Shown one piece after another: positions 18,832 to 27,781 of a stretch of DNA of 64,000 nt. A program made the translations under genes and the position numbers. Position 1 is the stretch's first letter. Each line of letters opens with the position of its first letter. This DNA is from an uncultured Colwellia sp. (GTDB lineage Bacteria; Pseudomonadota; Gammaproteobacteria; Enterobacterales; Alteromonadaceae), in NCBI GenBank assembly GCA_963977145.1, contig CAXBNP010000016.1, positions 18,814 through 82,813 on the forward strand, in the 5' to 3' direction. The notes under the pieces are model-generated. The model worked only from the letters and a program-made list of their open reading frames with translations, had not been told where the DNA came from and did not search any database.

Positions 18832-20736
18832 ATGTCTAAGACTATTGGTATTGATTTAGGTACAACAAACTCATGTGTAGCGGTTATGGAAGGCGGCGTT
18901 GCAAAAATTATTGAAAACGCAGAAGGCAGTCGCACTACACCATCAATTGTTGCTTATGCCAACAATGAAACATTAGCGGGTCAACCGGCAAAAAGACAAG
19001 CGGTAACCAACTCACAAAATACCTTGTTTGCCATTAAACGCTTAATTGGCCGTAAATTTGATGATAAAGAAGTGCAAAAAGATATTAAGTTAGCGCCTTA
19101 TAAAATTGTTAAAGCAGATAACGGTGACGCTTGGGTTGAAGTCAATGGCAAAAAATTATCGCCACAAGAGGTCTCTGCACAAATTTTACGTAAATTGAAA
19201 AAAGATGCTGAAGCTTATTTAGGTGAAACGGTCACTGACGCTGTGATTACTGTACCGGCATATTTTAACGACTCACAGCGCCAAGCAACTAAAGATGCAG
19301 GTAAAATTGCCGGGCTTAATGTTAAGCGAATTATCAACGAACCAACGGCGGCGGCATTAGCTTATGGGGTTGATAAAACCAGTAAAGCAGATCAAAAAGT
19401 AGCGGTTTACGATTTAGGGGGCGGTACTTTTGATGTCTCAATTATCGAAATAGCTAATGTCGACGGTGAAAAACAATTTGAAGTGTTAGCAACCAATGGC
19501 GATACCTTTTTAGGTGGTGAAGATTTTGATTTACGTTTAATCAATTATCTAGCTGATGAATTTAAAAAAGAAAGCGGCATTGATATTAAGCAAGACCCTT
19601 TAGCCTTACAGCGCATTAAAGAAGCTGCTGAAAAAGCGAAGATCGAGTTGTCATCTGCACTGCAAACCGACGTAAATTTACCTTACGTTACCGCTGACGC
19701 TAGTGGCCCTAAACATTTAAAGATACAAATTACGCGCGCTAAATTAGAGTCATTAGTGGATGACTTAGTAAAAAGCACCATAGCGCCATGTCAACAAGCA
19801 TTAAAAGATGCCGGTTTAAGCAAAGGCGATATTAGCGAAGTCATTTTGGTTGGTGGTCAATCACGTATGCCAAAAGTTCAAGCCGCAGTTGAAGCGTTTT
19901 TTGGTAAAGCGCCACGCAAAGATGTTAACCCTGATGAAGCAGTAGCCATGGGAGCAGCGATTCAGGCTGGTGTCTTGTCGGGAACCGTCGGTGATGTGCT
20001 ATTACTTGATGTAACGCCATTATCGCTAGGAATTGAAACCTTAGGTGGTGTCATGACCAAGCTTATTGAAAAAAACACCACTATACCAACACGGGCTTCT
20101 GAAGCCTTTGCTACGGCTGAAGACAATCAAGCGGCAGTAACGGTTCATGTCTTGCAGGGCCAGCGTGAAATGGCGACAGACAATAAATCGTTAGGTCAAT
20201 TTAACTTGACGGATATTAACCCGGGTCCGCGCGGTTCGGTACAAGTTGAGGTGACCTTTGATATTGATGCCGATGGTATTTTAAATGTCACCGCGAAAGA
20301 CAAAGCAACCGGTAAGGAGCAAAGTATTACCATTACCGCATCAAGTGGTTTAACGGAAGATGAAGTTAACCGCATGGTGAACGATGCACAAATGCACGCC
20401 ACTGAAGATAAACAAAAGCGTGAATTAGTTGAGCAACGTAACCAAGCCGACCAATTAATTCATACCGTGCAAAGCGCAATGGCAAGTTTCAGCGATGATC
20501 AGCAAACTGAGCTTAAAACATTAATTGAGCAGCTGAAAATGGCCGTTAATGGCGATGATAAAGCCGCGATTGAAATGCGACAAAAAGCATTGCAAGAAGC
20601 TTACAGTAACATTAAGCAAGCAGAACAAGCGCAGCAACAATCACAAGCTGGCCAACCTCAAGCCAATGCGGCCAATGATGAAGCTAGCAACGCAGATGTT
20701 ATTGATGCTGAGTTTGAAGATGTTAGTAACGGTTAA
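18832..20736 (+). CDS. dnaK: Hsp70 chaperone DnaK (stand-alone copy, no adjacent dnaJ or grpE)
   Basis: [40 protein letters not shown], and an acidic C-terminus [19 protein letters not shown] precedes ATG 18832; the ORF track starts at GTG 18823. Confidence 0.95.
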   Translation: MSKTIGIDLGTTNSCVAVMEGGVAKIIENAEGSRTTPSIVAYANNETLAGQPAKRQAVTNSQNTLFAIKRLIGRKFDDKEVQKDIKLAPYKIVKADNGDAWVEVNGKKLSPQEVSAQILRKLKKDAEAYLGETVTDAVITVPAYFNDSQRQATKDAGKIAGLNVKRIINEPTAAALAYGVDKTSKADQKVAVYDLGGGTFDVSIIEIANVDGEKQFEVLATNGDTFLGGEDFDLRLINYLADEFKKESGIDIKQDPLALQRIKEAAEKAKIELSSALQTDVNLPYVTADASGPKHLKIQITRAKLESLVDDLVKSTIAPCQQALKDAGLSKGDISEVILVGGQSRMPKVQAAVEAFFGKAPRKDVNPDEAVAMGAAIQAGVLSGTVGDVLLLDVTPLSLGIETLGGVMTKLIEKNTTIPTRASEAFATAEDNQAAVTVHVLQGQREMATDNKSLGQFNLTDINPGPRGSVQVEVTFDIDADGILNVTAKDKATGKEQSITITASSGLTEDEVNRMVNDAQMHATEDKQKRELVEQRNQADQLIHTVQSAMASFSDDQQTELKTLIEQLKMAVNGDDKAAIEMRQKALQEAYSNIKQAEQAQQQSQAGQPQANAANDEASNADVIDAEFEDVSNG

Positions 20737-20769
20737 GCTATTGAGGAAATAGTTAAAAAATAAGCGCCA

Positions 20770-20796
20770 AGCCCCTAGTTTTATTAGGGGCTTTTT
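20770..20796 (+). terminator. Intrinsic terminator of dnaK
   Basis: AGCCCCTA (20770-20777) pairs with TAGGGGCT (20785-20792), followed by a T5 run. Confidence 0.85.
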
Positions 20797-21035
20797 AATT
20801 TTTAGCGTTAATACAACTATGCAATCAAGACATATACTTAACGGTTATGCTTAACGGTAATGGTAACTTGCGCTAGCTTTCTTAAATATTAGCATTTAAC
20901 TAAATCTGGCCGACAGCAACAAGCTAACATTCATATTCTTTTTTTAACTTTAACGAGGTCATCATTAAATTTAATGGACATTTCACTTTTTCAATTTTAT
21001 TTGCTACATTGCTAGTGAGTTAAATCAACATCGAT

Positions 21036-21080
21036 GTGAGGACGACCTCACCGCTCTATCTTTTTAGGGGACGACCCCTA
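21036..21080 (+). promoter_or_regulatory. Guanidine-II riboswitch (mini-ykkC)
   Basis: Two hairpins with ACGA tetraloops closed by GG/CC: GTGAGG-ACGA-CCTCAC (21036-21051) and TAGGGG-ACGA-CCCCTA (21065-21080). They are joined by a 13-nt linker and lie about 20 nt upstream of the sugE/gdx start. This is the classic gene context. Confidence 0.9.
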
Positions 21081-21099
21081 CATTTAATAGAGTGTTTAT

Positions 21100-21414
21100 A
21101 TGTCTTGGTTACTCTTATTTCTTGCCGGGTTTTTAGAAGCTGGTTGGTTAGTTGGTATTCAAAAATCCGAATCTTTTACCAATATCCCTTATGTAATATT
21201 CGCTGTTTTTTCAATGACGCTTAGTCTAGTGTTGTTTGCAATGGCATTAAAAGACATTCCTGTTAGCCATGCATACCTCGTTTGGTTAGCTATAGGTGCG
21301 TCATCAATTTCGCTCATAAACCATTATTTTTTTGAACAAGCTATTTCAATTCAACAATTGTTTTGCTTTGCTTTGATTTTTATTGGTGTGGTTGGTTTAA
21401 AAACATCTAACTAA
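21100..21414 (+). CDS. sugE: SMR-family guanidinium exporter (SugE/Gdx)
   Basis: 104 aa with four TM segments. MSWLLLFLAGFLEAGW contains the conserved membrane Glu. Typical SugE length, and preceded by a guanidine-II riboswitch. Confidence 0.9.
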   Translation: MSWLLLFLAGFLEAGWLVGIQKSESFTNIPYVIFAVFSMTLSLVLFAMALKDIPVSHAYLVWLAIGASSISLINHYFFEQAISIQQLFCFALIFIGVVGLKTSN

Positions 21415-21441
21415 TACAATTAATAAATAGAGGAAATATAT

Positions 21442-21855
21442 ATGTCTGGTGAAAAAAATTTAGCAAACTTAATCGCTTCTATGACACCTGTTATAAACGA
21501 AAATGACTATGTGTTTGGCACGCTTAAAACATATGATTATGAACAAGTACTGTTGCTAAACCCTATAAGTACTTTTCAAGAACAGGAGGGATTAACCGTT
21601 ATATTGACAAAAGAAAAAGCCGATGAATTTAATATCTCGTACTCTGGTGTTTTTAAATGTATTACATTAAATGTACATTCGAGCCTTGATGCCGTTGGTT
21701 TAACCGCAGCTGTGTCGACTAAATTGACGCAATCAAATATTAGCGCAAATGTGGTTGCTGCTTACTATCATGATCATGTTTTCGTAGCAGTTAAAGATGC
21801 CAAACAAGCATTAGCGGATCTTAATGCACTAACTCAACACGGCATTGCAGATTAA
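21442..21855 (+). CDS. ACT-domain-containing protein (small, COG3602-like)
   Basis: 137 aa. NENDYVFGTL...EGLTVIL...ITLNVHSSLDAVGLTAAVSTKLTQSNISANVVAAYYHDHVFV resembles ACT_7-type proteins. It starts 27 nt after sugE, so it is probably in the same operon. Confidence 0.6.
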   Translation: MSGEKNLANLIASMTPVINENDYVFGTLKTYDYEQVLLLNPISTFQEQEGLTVILTKEKADEFNISYSGVFKCITLNVHSSLDAVGLTAAVSTKLTQSNISANVVAAYYHDHVFVAVKDAKQALADLNALTQHGIAD

Positions 21856-22051
21856 GCAAAATGGTAATACTGATGATTGAAAGGTTTTACAGGGCTTTTT
21901 ATAACGCTGGAATGTCGCTTTATTACCAAGCAGTCGAGCTGATTTGAAGTCCTTGTGATTGCGATGTTGACGCAAGAATCTGTCAGGATGATGCTCAACT
22001 TGACTTGGTAATGCCTAACTTCTACAAGCTAAAAGCTGCCAGTGAAATGCT

Positions 22052-22184
22052 AAGCTGGGGTTTAATGATCAGTTAAAGTGTATCTGACCCCAATTAATAC
22101 CCTTAATAAAGCTGGGGTTTAATGATCAGTTAAAGTGTATCTGACCCCACTTAATAAAAGTGTATCTGACCCCAATTAATACCA
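22052..22184 (+). repeat. Short-repeat array (two 41-nt units plus a third partial unit)
   Basis: AAGCTGGGGTTTAATGATCAGTTAAAGTGTATCTGACCCCA at 22052-22092 and 22109-22149. The 18-mer AAAGTGTATCTGACCCCA occurs a third time, ending at 22174. Each full unit can fold through TGGGGT/ACCCCA. Confidence 0.85.
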
Positions 22185-22477
22185 CTATAAGTACTTTTCA
22201 AGAACAGGAGGGATTAACCGTTATATTGACAAAAGAAAAAGCCGATGAATTTAATATCTCGTACTCTGGTGTTTTTAAATGTATTACATTAAATGTACAT
22301 TCGAGCCTTGATGCCGTTGGTTTAACCGCAGCTGTGTCGACTAAATTGACGCAATCAAATATTAGCGCAAATGTGGTTGCTGCTTACTATCATGATCATG
22401 TTTTCGTAGCAGTTAAAGATGCCAAACAAGCATTAGCGGATCTTAATGCACTAACTCAACACGGCATTGCAGATTAA
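22185..22477 (+). pseudogene. Duplicated 3' fragment of the ACT-domain gene
   Basis: Identical to 21563-21855 (ISTFQEQEGLTVIL...QHGIAD). The track ORF 22160..22477 borrows a GTG inside the repeat array and lacks the first ~40 codons and any RBS. Confidence 0.7.
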
Positions 22478-22673
22478 GCAAAATGGTAATACTGATGATT
22501 GAAAGGTTTTACAGGGCTTTTTATAACGCTGGAATGTCGCTTTATTACCAAGCAGTCGAGCTGATTTGAAGTCCTTGTGATTGCGATGTTGACGCAAGAA
22601 TCTGTCAGGATGATGCTCAACTTGACTTGGTAATGCCTAACTTCTACAAGCTAAAAGCTGCCAGTGAAATGCT

Positions 22674-22806
22674 AAGCTGGGGTTTAATGATCAGTTAAAG
22701 TGTATCTGACCCCAATTAATACCCTTAATAAAGCTGGGGTTTAATGATCAGTTAAAGTGTATCTGACCCCACTTAATAAAAGTGTATCTGACCCCAATTA
22801 ATACCA
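22674..22806 (+). repeat. Second copy of the short-repeat array (part of the duplicated unit)
   Basis: Identical to 22052-22184 at an offset of 622 nt. Confidence 0.85.
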
Positions 22807-22862
22807 ATTAATAATATGTCGGCGCTAGTATCATCATCTTCTCTGGTAACTCTTAGATAAAA

Positions 22863-23585
22863 CTAAGTTGTTATCTGTGACCTGCGCCATTTTGCCTTCG
22901 GACTAATACGTACCCAGCGAAATAGGTACATAATGACTAGCTTAGTGATACCACTAACAACACCGAGCACAAGCAATGGCCAAGCTTCACTAACTCCCAT
23001 GGCGATTGCAAAAGCTATCGTAGAAATATCCATCATCAGAATAAACTGACTCATTCTTATATCTATGGCGCCGGTCATGCCAGAGCTAATAATAAGTTTT
23101 ATTTGATGTACATAGCCTTGTGCGAGTAAGACAGTAATAACCACAATCAAAATCGTTGAAAAGTTTTTGCCTTGATCTGAAAGCGTATCATTAAAAAACA
23201 GTCCAATAACACCTACCAGCAAGAAAACCCAGACAAATAACAGGCAAAACAAGGACGCTTTCGATTTTCGATTTTGCCATATTTCAAACAATATTAGCCC
23301 AACCAATAGCGCCGCTATCAAACGTGGCCAAACGAGATAATGATTAAAGGGCTCTGTGCTATAGCCATAAATGAAAAAAGAAAAATACGCGAGAAAACTC
23401 ATCGTGAACTGATTTTGCGACAGTATTTCAGTAATTTGACCTTCATTGCGACGTTTTCTCAACCAAAGGTTATTCAATTGTAAAAAAACGCCATACAAAC
23501 TTACAAAAATAAATATTGTATTTAGTGTCCCAAATAAGTCATACCACATTAAAAACATCTCCACCCGAATCGATATTGTCGACAA
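22863..23585 (-). CDS. Hypothetical polytopic membrane protein
   Basis: About 7 predicted hydrophobic helices and no recognised family. The true start is probably ATG 23549 (MWYDL...), since GGAG lies 9 nt upstream, rather than TTG 23585. Confidence 0.55.
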   Translation of the reverse strand: MSTISIRVEMFLMWYDLFGTLNTIFIFVSLYGVFLQLNNLWLRKRRNEGQITEILSQNQFTMSFLAYFSFFIYGYSTEPFNHYLVWPRLIAALLVGLILFEIWQNRKSKASLFCLLFVWVFLLVGVIGLFFNDTLSDQGKNFSTILIVVITVLLAQGYVHQIKLIISSGMTGAIDIRMSQFILMMDISTIAFAIAMGVSEAWPLLVLGVVSGITKLVIMYLFRWVRISPKAKWRRSQITT

Positions 23586-23650
23586 TGTTACAAATAAACA
23601 CTAATAATAGCAACGGTTAACATATAAAAACACCAATTTGTCGACAATAT
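23573..23650. promoter_or_regulatory. Two copies of the palindrome TTGTCGACAA(T) in the upstream region of the membrane-protein gene
   Basis: ATATTGTCGACAAT at 23573-23586 and ATTTGTCGACAATAT at 23636-23650, with the flanks in inverted orientation. Confidence 0.35.
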
Positions 23651-24260
23651 ACGTAGATATAAGTAATGACTGTTGTTTATATTTTTTAAAAATAGTCCTG
23701 ACAAATTAAGGCCCATCTATAGATCGTCAAAAAATAATGGGATACGTATCACCGGATGAGAAAACCCAAGGTAATAATTAGGTTTTATGATTGCTCCTAA
23801 TCTTTGAAATAAACCTCCCGCATGATCACAAATCACCACATAACAATCATTAGAATGTTGAACCATAACGGCGGCTGTGTGCACATAATGCCGTTAGAAA
23901 TATAATAATTAATGTTCACTTTACACACAGAATGGCAGCCAGTAACTCACTAATCCTAACGTCCGCCGAAAGTTCACTAGCAGCCTGTGGTGTGGTGTCG
24001 ATAATTTCAATATAAAGCAGTCTTAATTTTGCTTTGAACTCTTACTTATGAGCTATTCATATAACTCCAGTTCAGCTAGCTTGATTGTGAGCCTTGCAGT
24101 AGACTTATTGAACGTTAAACATTAGCTTGGATGTCGTACTAAATATTTTAGTACCTATGTAGTGACGAATGACATCGTCGATAAAGTCATTTTTATAAAA
24201 GCCCATGGGAGAGATTTTATTTTTTATAACAGATAGACTGTCGCCATTAATGAATTAACG

Positions 24261-25142
24261 ATGATATTTATGAGCTATTTATTTGCAGTGACCCTGCTTT
24301 GGGCATTTTCATTTAGTTTAATTGGCGTTTATTTAGCCGGCCAAGTTGATGCGTGGTTTAGCGTTTTGATGCGCATTGCGCTGGCGACTTTAGTTTTTCT
24401 ACCGTTTTTAAAATTTAAAAAAACACCAAAGCCCTTAGCTATAAAACTCATGCTCATTGGCGCGATACAACTTGGCGCCATGTATAGTTTTTACTATCAC
24501 TCGTTTTTATATTTATCTGTGCCCGAAGTATTATTATTTACGGTAATGACTCCCATTTATATCACGCTACTCAACGATGCACTTGAAAAGCATTTTAACC
24601 CTCGTTTTTTTGTTATCGCCATTATTGCCGTGTGTGGTGCGTTAGCTATTCGCTATGAAAGTATTAATAGTAACTTTTTGATCGGCTTGTTATTAGTGCA
24701 AGCCGCCAATATCTGCTTTGCCACCGGGCAAGTGACTTACAAACACTTAATGACCAACAGTAAGTTGGATCATAAAACTATCTTTGGCTGGTTTTTTATT
24801 GGCGCATTAATAGTCGCTACTGTGTGTTATGTTTTATTTGGCAATACAGATAAGTTACCAAGCACACCAACGCAATGGGCAGTGCTCATCTACTTAGGCT
24901 TCGTTGCTTCAGGCTTGGGCTATTTCGGCTGGAATAAAGGCGCGACTTTAGTCAATGTAGGTACGTTAGCCGCTATGAATAATGTCCTCATTCCAGCAGG
25001 TATTGTTGTTAACGTACTGATATGGAACACAGAGGCTGACATAATGAGGTTAAGCATTGGTGCTGGGATCATTTTCGCTGCTTTATTACTTAATCAAATA
25101 ACTACGAGAACTTCGACCGACAAAGTTTTACCTGCTGGCTAG
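24261..25142 (+). CDS. EamA/DMT-family transporter
   Basis: 293 aa with about 10 TM helices arranged as two EamA-like halves (LWAFSFSLIG...; GLGYFGWNKGA). Confidence 0.8.
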   Translation: MIFMSYLFAVTLLWAFSFSLIGVYLAGQVDAWFSVLMRIALATLVFLPFLKFKKTPKPLAIKLMLIGAIQLGAMYSFYYHSFLYLSVPEVLLFTVMTPIYITLLNDALEKHFNPRFFVIAIIAVCGALAIRYESINSNFLIGLLLVQAANICFATGQVTYKHLMTNSKLDHKTIFGWFFIGALIVATVCYVLFGNTDKLPSTPTQWAVLIYLGFVASGLGYFGWNKGATLVNVGTLAAMNNVLIPAGIVVNVLIWNTEADIMRLSIGAGIIFAALLLNQITTRTSTDKVLPAG

Positions 25143-25546
25143 TCATAAAATATTGGAGGATGACAAAAACCAAGTTGCTGTTGGCAACTTTAACCAAACA
25201 GCCAACACAAGAAACTAAAAAAAACCTAGCGTTTGATTTAAAATCAAATATCAAACTACGATAGGTGTTTTAGTACTTTAAAGCCATAGCAATACAATTT
25301 AATGAATGACCGCTTTGACAAAGCTGACTGTTGAAGTTAATAAATAGCACACGCCTAAACCAGTAAAATTAACAATGACTATCATTTGCTTCTGCTTTTT
25401 CTATAAACTTATATTTAATCTATCAGGCACCATTATTTACTAAACCAACAAATACTGCAGTAATCTTTAATGCCGCCAATTTTCAGTAAACACCGCAAAA
25501 CTCAGTTTTCATTGAAATATTTTCTTACTAATTAAAAACCTACCGA

Positions 25547-25647
25547 ATGGTCAACTAATTTAGCAACTTCAAATAAAGGCTTTTAGTTTCAATAGAGTTG
25601 ATTATCTTTTTTAGCAGCAAAAACCAACCAAATGGTCAGTTAATTTA
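25547..25647 (+). promoter_or_regulatory. Two copies of the ATGGTCA-RYTAATTTA box upstream of the nuclease gene
   Basis: AAAAACCTACCGAATGGTCAACTAATTTA (box at 25547-25562) and AAAAACCAACCAAATGGTCAGTTAATTTA (box at 25632-25647). A related box lies upstream of the second nuclease gene (55011-55026). Confidence 0.35.
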
Positions 25648-25838
25648 ATGTGCTTTTGTTTAATAAATGATCACTTTTATTGCTATTAATTATGAGGCAC
25701 TATGCAGCGGTAATTAAACATCGAGCGTAAATTAACACTTAATTAACCTGCAATTAACACTTGATATTTACTTGTAAATAACCCTTTTTCATATTTTGCA
25801 GCTTAGTTAACGAACCTATTTAAAAGAAGGAACATTCT

Positions 25839-27473
25839 TTGAAACATAATAAAAAATTACTCTTAACTTTACTCAGCAGCCTTAGCTTTATGGCTAGTGC
25901 TGATGTACTCAATGGTAACTTCGAAGCTTGGTCAAATGCGAGTGCAGACAATTGGACTACGGTTGATTCTGGTATCAGTGTTAAGCAAAACACCACCACC
26001 ATTAAAACCGGCACTAGTTCTGCTGCGATAACTGTCAATACGACAACGCAAGGTTCAACTGATTTTTTACAAAATGTCGCTGTTACCGCTGGACAAAATT
26101 ATGACTTTTCAGTGTGGGTTTATCACACAGAAGGCGGCGTAAAAGCCAGACTCTATGCAGATGGTTATCAAGGTTATTCTGATGCAAATTTAGTTAATCA
26201 ATGGCAACAGGTTAACTACACTTATGCTGCCACTGCCACGAAAGAAATAGCCGTTGGCTTACGCTTTTACGATACTACCGGATTTGACGGCTCTGAAACG
26301 GTTTATATCGATGACTTTCAACCGACAGCAAGTGCGGGAACTGGTGGCGGAACAGGCTGTTCAACTAATGATGTCACCATTAGTTTAACCACAGATCAAT
26401 ATGGTTATGAAACCAGTTGGTCACTTACTGACAGTAGCAATGTCGAGCAAGCCAGTGGTAGTAACTTAAGTAATTCTACTAGTTACAGTGAAAATATTTG
26501 TCTAACCGATGGTGATTATACTTTCACGATTAACGACAGCTATGGCGATGGTATATGTTGTACGTATGGCAACGGTTCATACGATATATCGCTTGCTGGT
26601 GCATCACTCGCTTCAGGTGGCACTTTCACGCAAACAGATAGTAAAACCTTTACCCTTGGCAGCACTGGCGGTGGTTCAGGTGGTGGCACAGGTGGAGATC
26701 CTGGCACCTATTACCAAAGCATTACTACGCAAACGGGTTATAGCCTTAAAACAGCATTACATAACATAATAAAAAACCATACCGCTCAAGGTTATGGCGC
26801 TATTTGGACGTTTTATGCGAATCACTCACTCGATACTTATTTCGAAAATGACGGTTCAATTTTAGATATTTACTCTGAAAAACCTTTCGGTAGCGATAGC
26901 TATTCTTATACCAAAGTGACCAACCAATGTGGCTCATACAGTGGCGAAGGTGGATGTTATAACAGAGAGCATTCATTCCCTAAAAGCTGGTTTGGCGGAA
27001 AAATAGAACCGATGAATTCAGATATTCATCATATTTTTGCTACCGATGGTTTTGTTAACTCAAAACGTAGCGGTTTTCCATTCGGCGAAGTAGCGAGTGC
27101 AAGCTTTACTTCTACTAACAACAGTAAATTAGGCTCCGCTACCTCGGCTTTAGGTTATAACGGTACGGTGTTTGAACCTATTGATGAATTTAAAGGCGAT
27201 TTAGCCAGAGCTCACCTTTACATGGCAACCCGCTATGAAAACGTGATTGCCAGTTGGCAAACAAAAAGCACTTATGGCGATGCGATCTTAGATGGCAGCA
27301 GTAATAAAGTTTTCGAAACGTGGCAATTAAATATGTTATTACGCTGGCACGCCAATGACCCTGTAAGCCAAAAAGAAATTGATAGAAATGAAGCCGCTTA
27401 TACGCATCAAGGTAACCGTAACCCATTTGTTGACCACCCTGAATATGTTGGTAAAATTTGGCCTGCTAACTAA
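25839..27473 (+). CDS. Secreted Endonuclease-I family nuclease with N-terminal accessory domains
   Basis: TTG start with an AAGAAGGA RBS. Signal peptide MKHNKKLLLTLLSSLSFMASA. Cys-rich segment DSYGDGICCTYGNGSYD and Gly-rich linkers. The C-terminal domain has NREHSFPKSWF, DIHHIFATDGFVNSKRSGFPFGE, KGDLARAHLYMATRYE and QGNRNPFVDHPEYV, which are Endonuclease I motifs. Confidence 0.8.
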   Translation: MKHNKKLLLTLLSSLSFMASADVLNGNFEAWSNASADNWTTVDSGISVKQNTTTIKTGTSSAAITVNTTTQGSTDFLQNVAVTAGQNYDFSVWVYHTEGGVKARLYADGYQGYSDANLVNQWQQVNYTYAATATKEIAVGLRFYDTTGFDGSETVYIDDFQPTASAGTGGGTGCSTNDVTISLTTDQYGYETSWSLTDSSNVEQASGSNLSNSTSYSENICLTDGDYTFTINDSYGDGICCTYGNGSYDISLAGASLASGGTFTQTDSKTFTLGSTGGGSGGGTGGDPGTYYQSITTQTGYSLKTALHNIIKNHTAQGYGAIWTFYANHSLDTYFENDGSILDIYSEKPFGSDSYSYTKVTNQCGSYSGEGGCYNREHSFPKSWFGGKIEPMNSDIHHIFATDGFVNSKRSGFPFGEVASASFTSTNNSKLGSATSALGYNGTVFEPIDEFKGDLARAHLYMATRYENVIASWQTKSTYGDAILDGSSNKVFETWQLNMLLRWHANDPVSQKEIDRNEAAYTHQGNRNPFVDHPEYVGKIWPAN

Positions 27474-27542
27474 TAGCGTCCGAGCTACTTTATTGCTCAC
27501 TTAGTGTGCTTTAATACTCTTGGGATCTAAGCAAGGCTTAAA

Positions 27543-27578
27543 ATGACATGATGTTAATAACATCGTGTCATTTTTTTT
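27543..27578 (+). terminator. Intrinsic terminator of the nuclease gene
   Basis: ATGACATGATGT pairs with ACATCGTGTCAT (one G-U pair), followed by a T8 run. Confidence 0.85.
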
Positions 27579-27781
27579 AGCTAAAATCGCGCAAGTGATT
27601 ATTTCCAGCCGTAACAAACGCTATATGCTTAAAAGTTAAGAAGCGCTATTTTTGTTCGCGGTCTTAGTATAGAATTCGCTAGCTAATTTTAACTGATTAA
27701 AGTGCTACAAAACGACGCAGTCTATGCCAGTAAAGTTAATGCAAGCCACCTTTTTTTCCTTTCAAAAATGACCCAAATTAA

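Larger units (their letters stand above)
21563..22806 (+). repeat. Perfect tandem duplication, 2 x 622 bp
   Basis: 21563-22184 and 22185-22806 read identically line by line, by eye. The unit comprises the 3' 293 nt of the ACT gene, about 200 nt of intergenic sequence and the short-repeat array. Confidence 0.9.

Noticed and set aside
21036-21224. A 62-aa track ORF overlapping the riboswitch and the start of sugE.
   Set aside because: It starts inside the riboswitch hairpin and is out of frame with the well-supported SMR gene. I consider it spurious.
21861-21947. A 28-codon ORF (MVILMIERFYRAFYNAGMSLYYQAVELI) resembling the N-terminus of SnoaL/NTF2-like proteins.
   Set aside because: It is too short and the similarity rests on a few residues. 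It may be a gene relic, but I cannot support a pseudogene call without a database search.
22052-22184. A resemblance of the reverse-strand repeat (GGGGTCAGATACAC...) to Tn3-family terminal inverted repeats, or to a Tn3-derived MITE.
   Set aside because: Only the leading GGGGTC matches. The copies are in direct, not inverted, orientation, and there is no transposase or resolvase in the window. I kept it as an unexplained repeat array instead.
25155-25265. A 34-codon ORF (MTKTKLLLATLTKQ...) right after the EamA gene, with GGAGG nearby.
   Set aside because: The GGAGG abuts the ATG with no spacer, so it cannot act as a Shine-Dalgarno sequence. The region is more simply read as the weak terminator hairpin AAGTTGC/GCAACTT.
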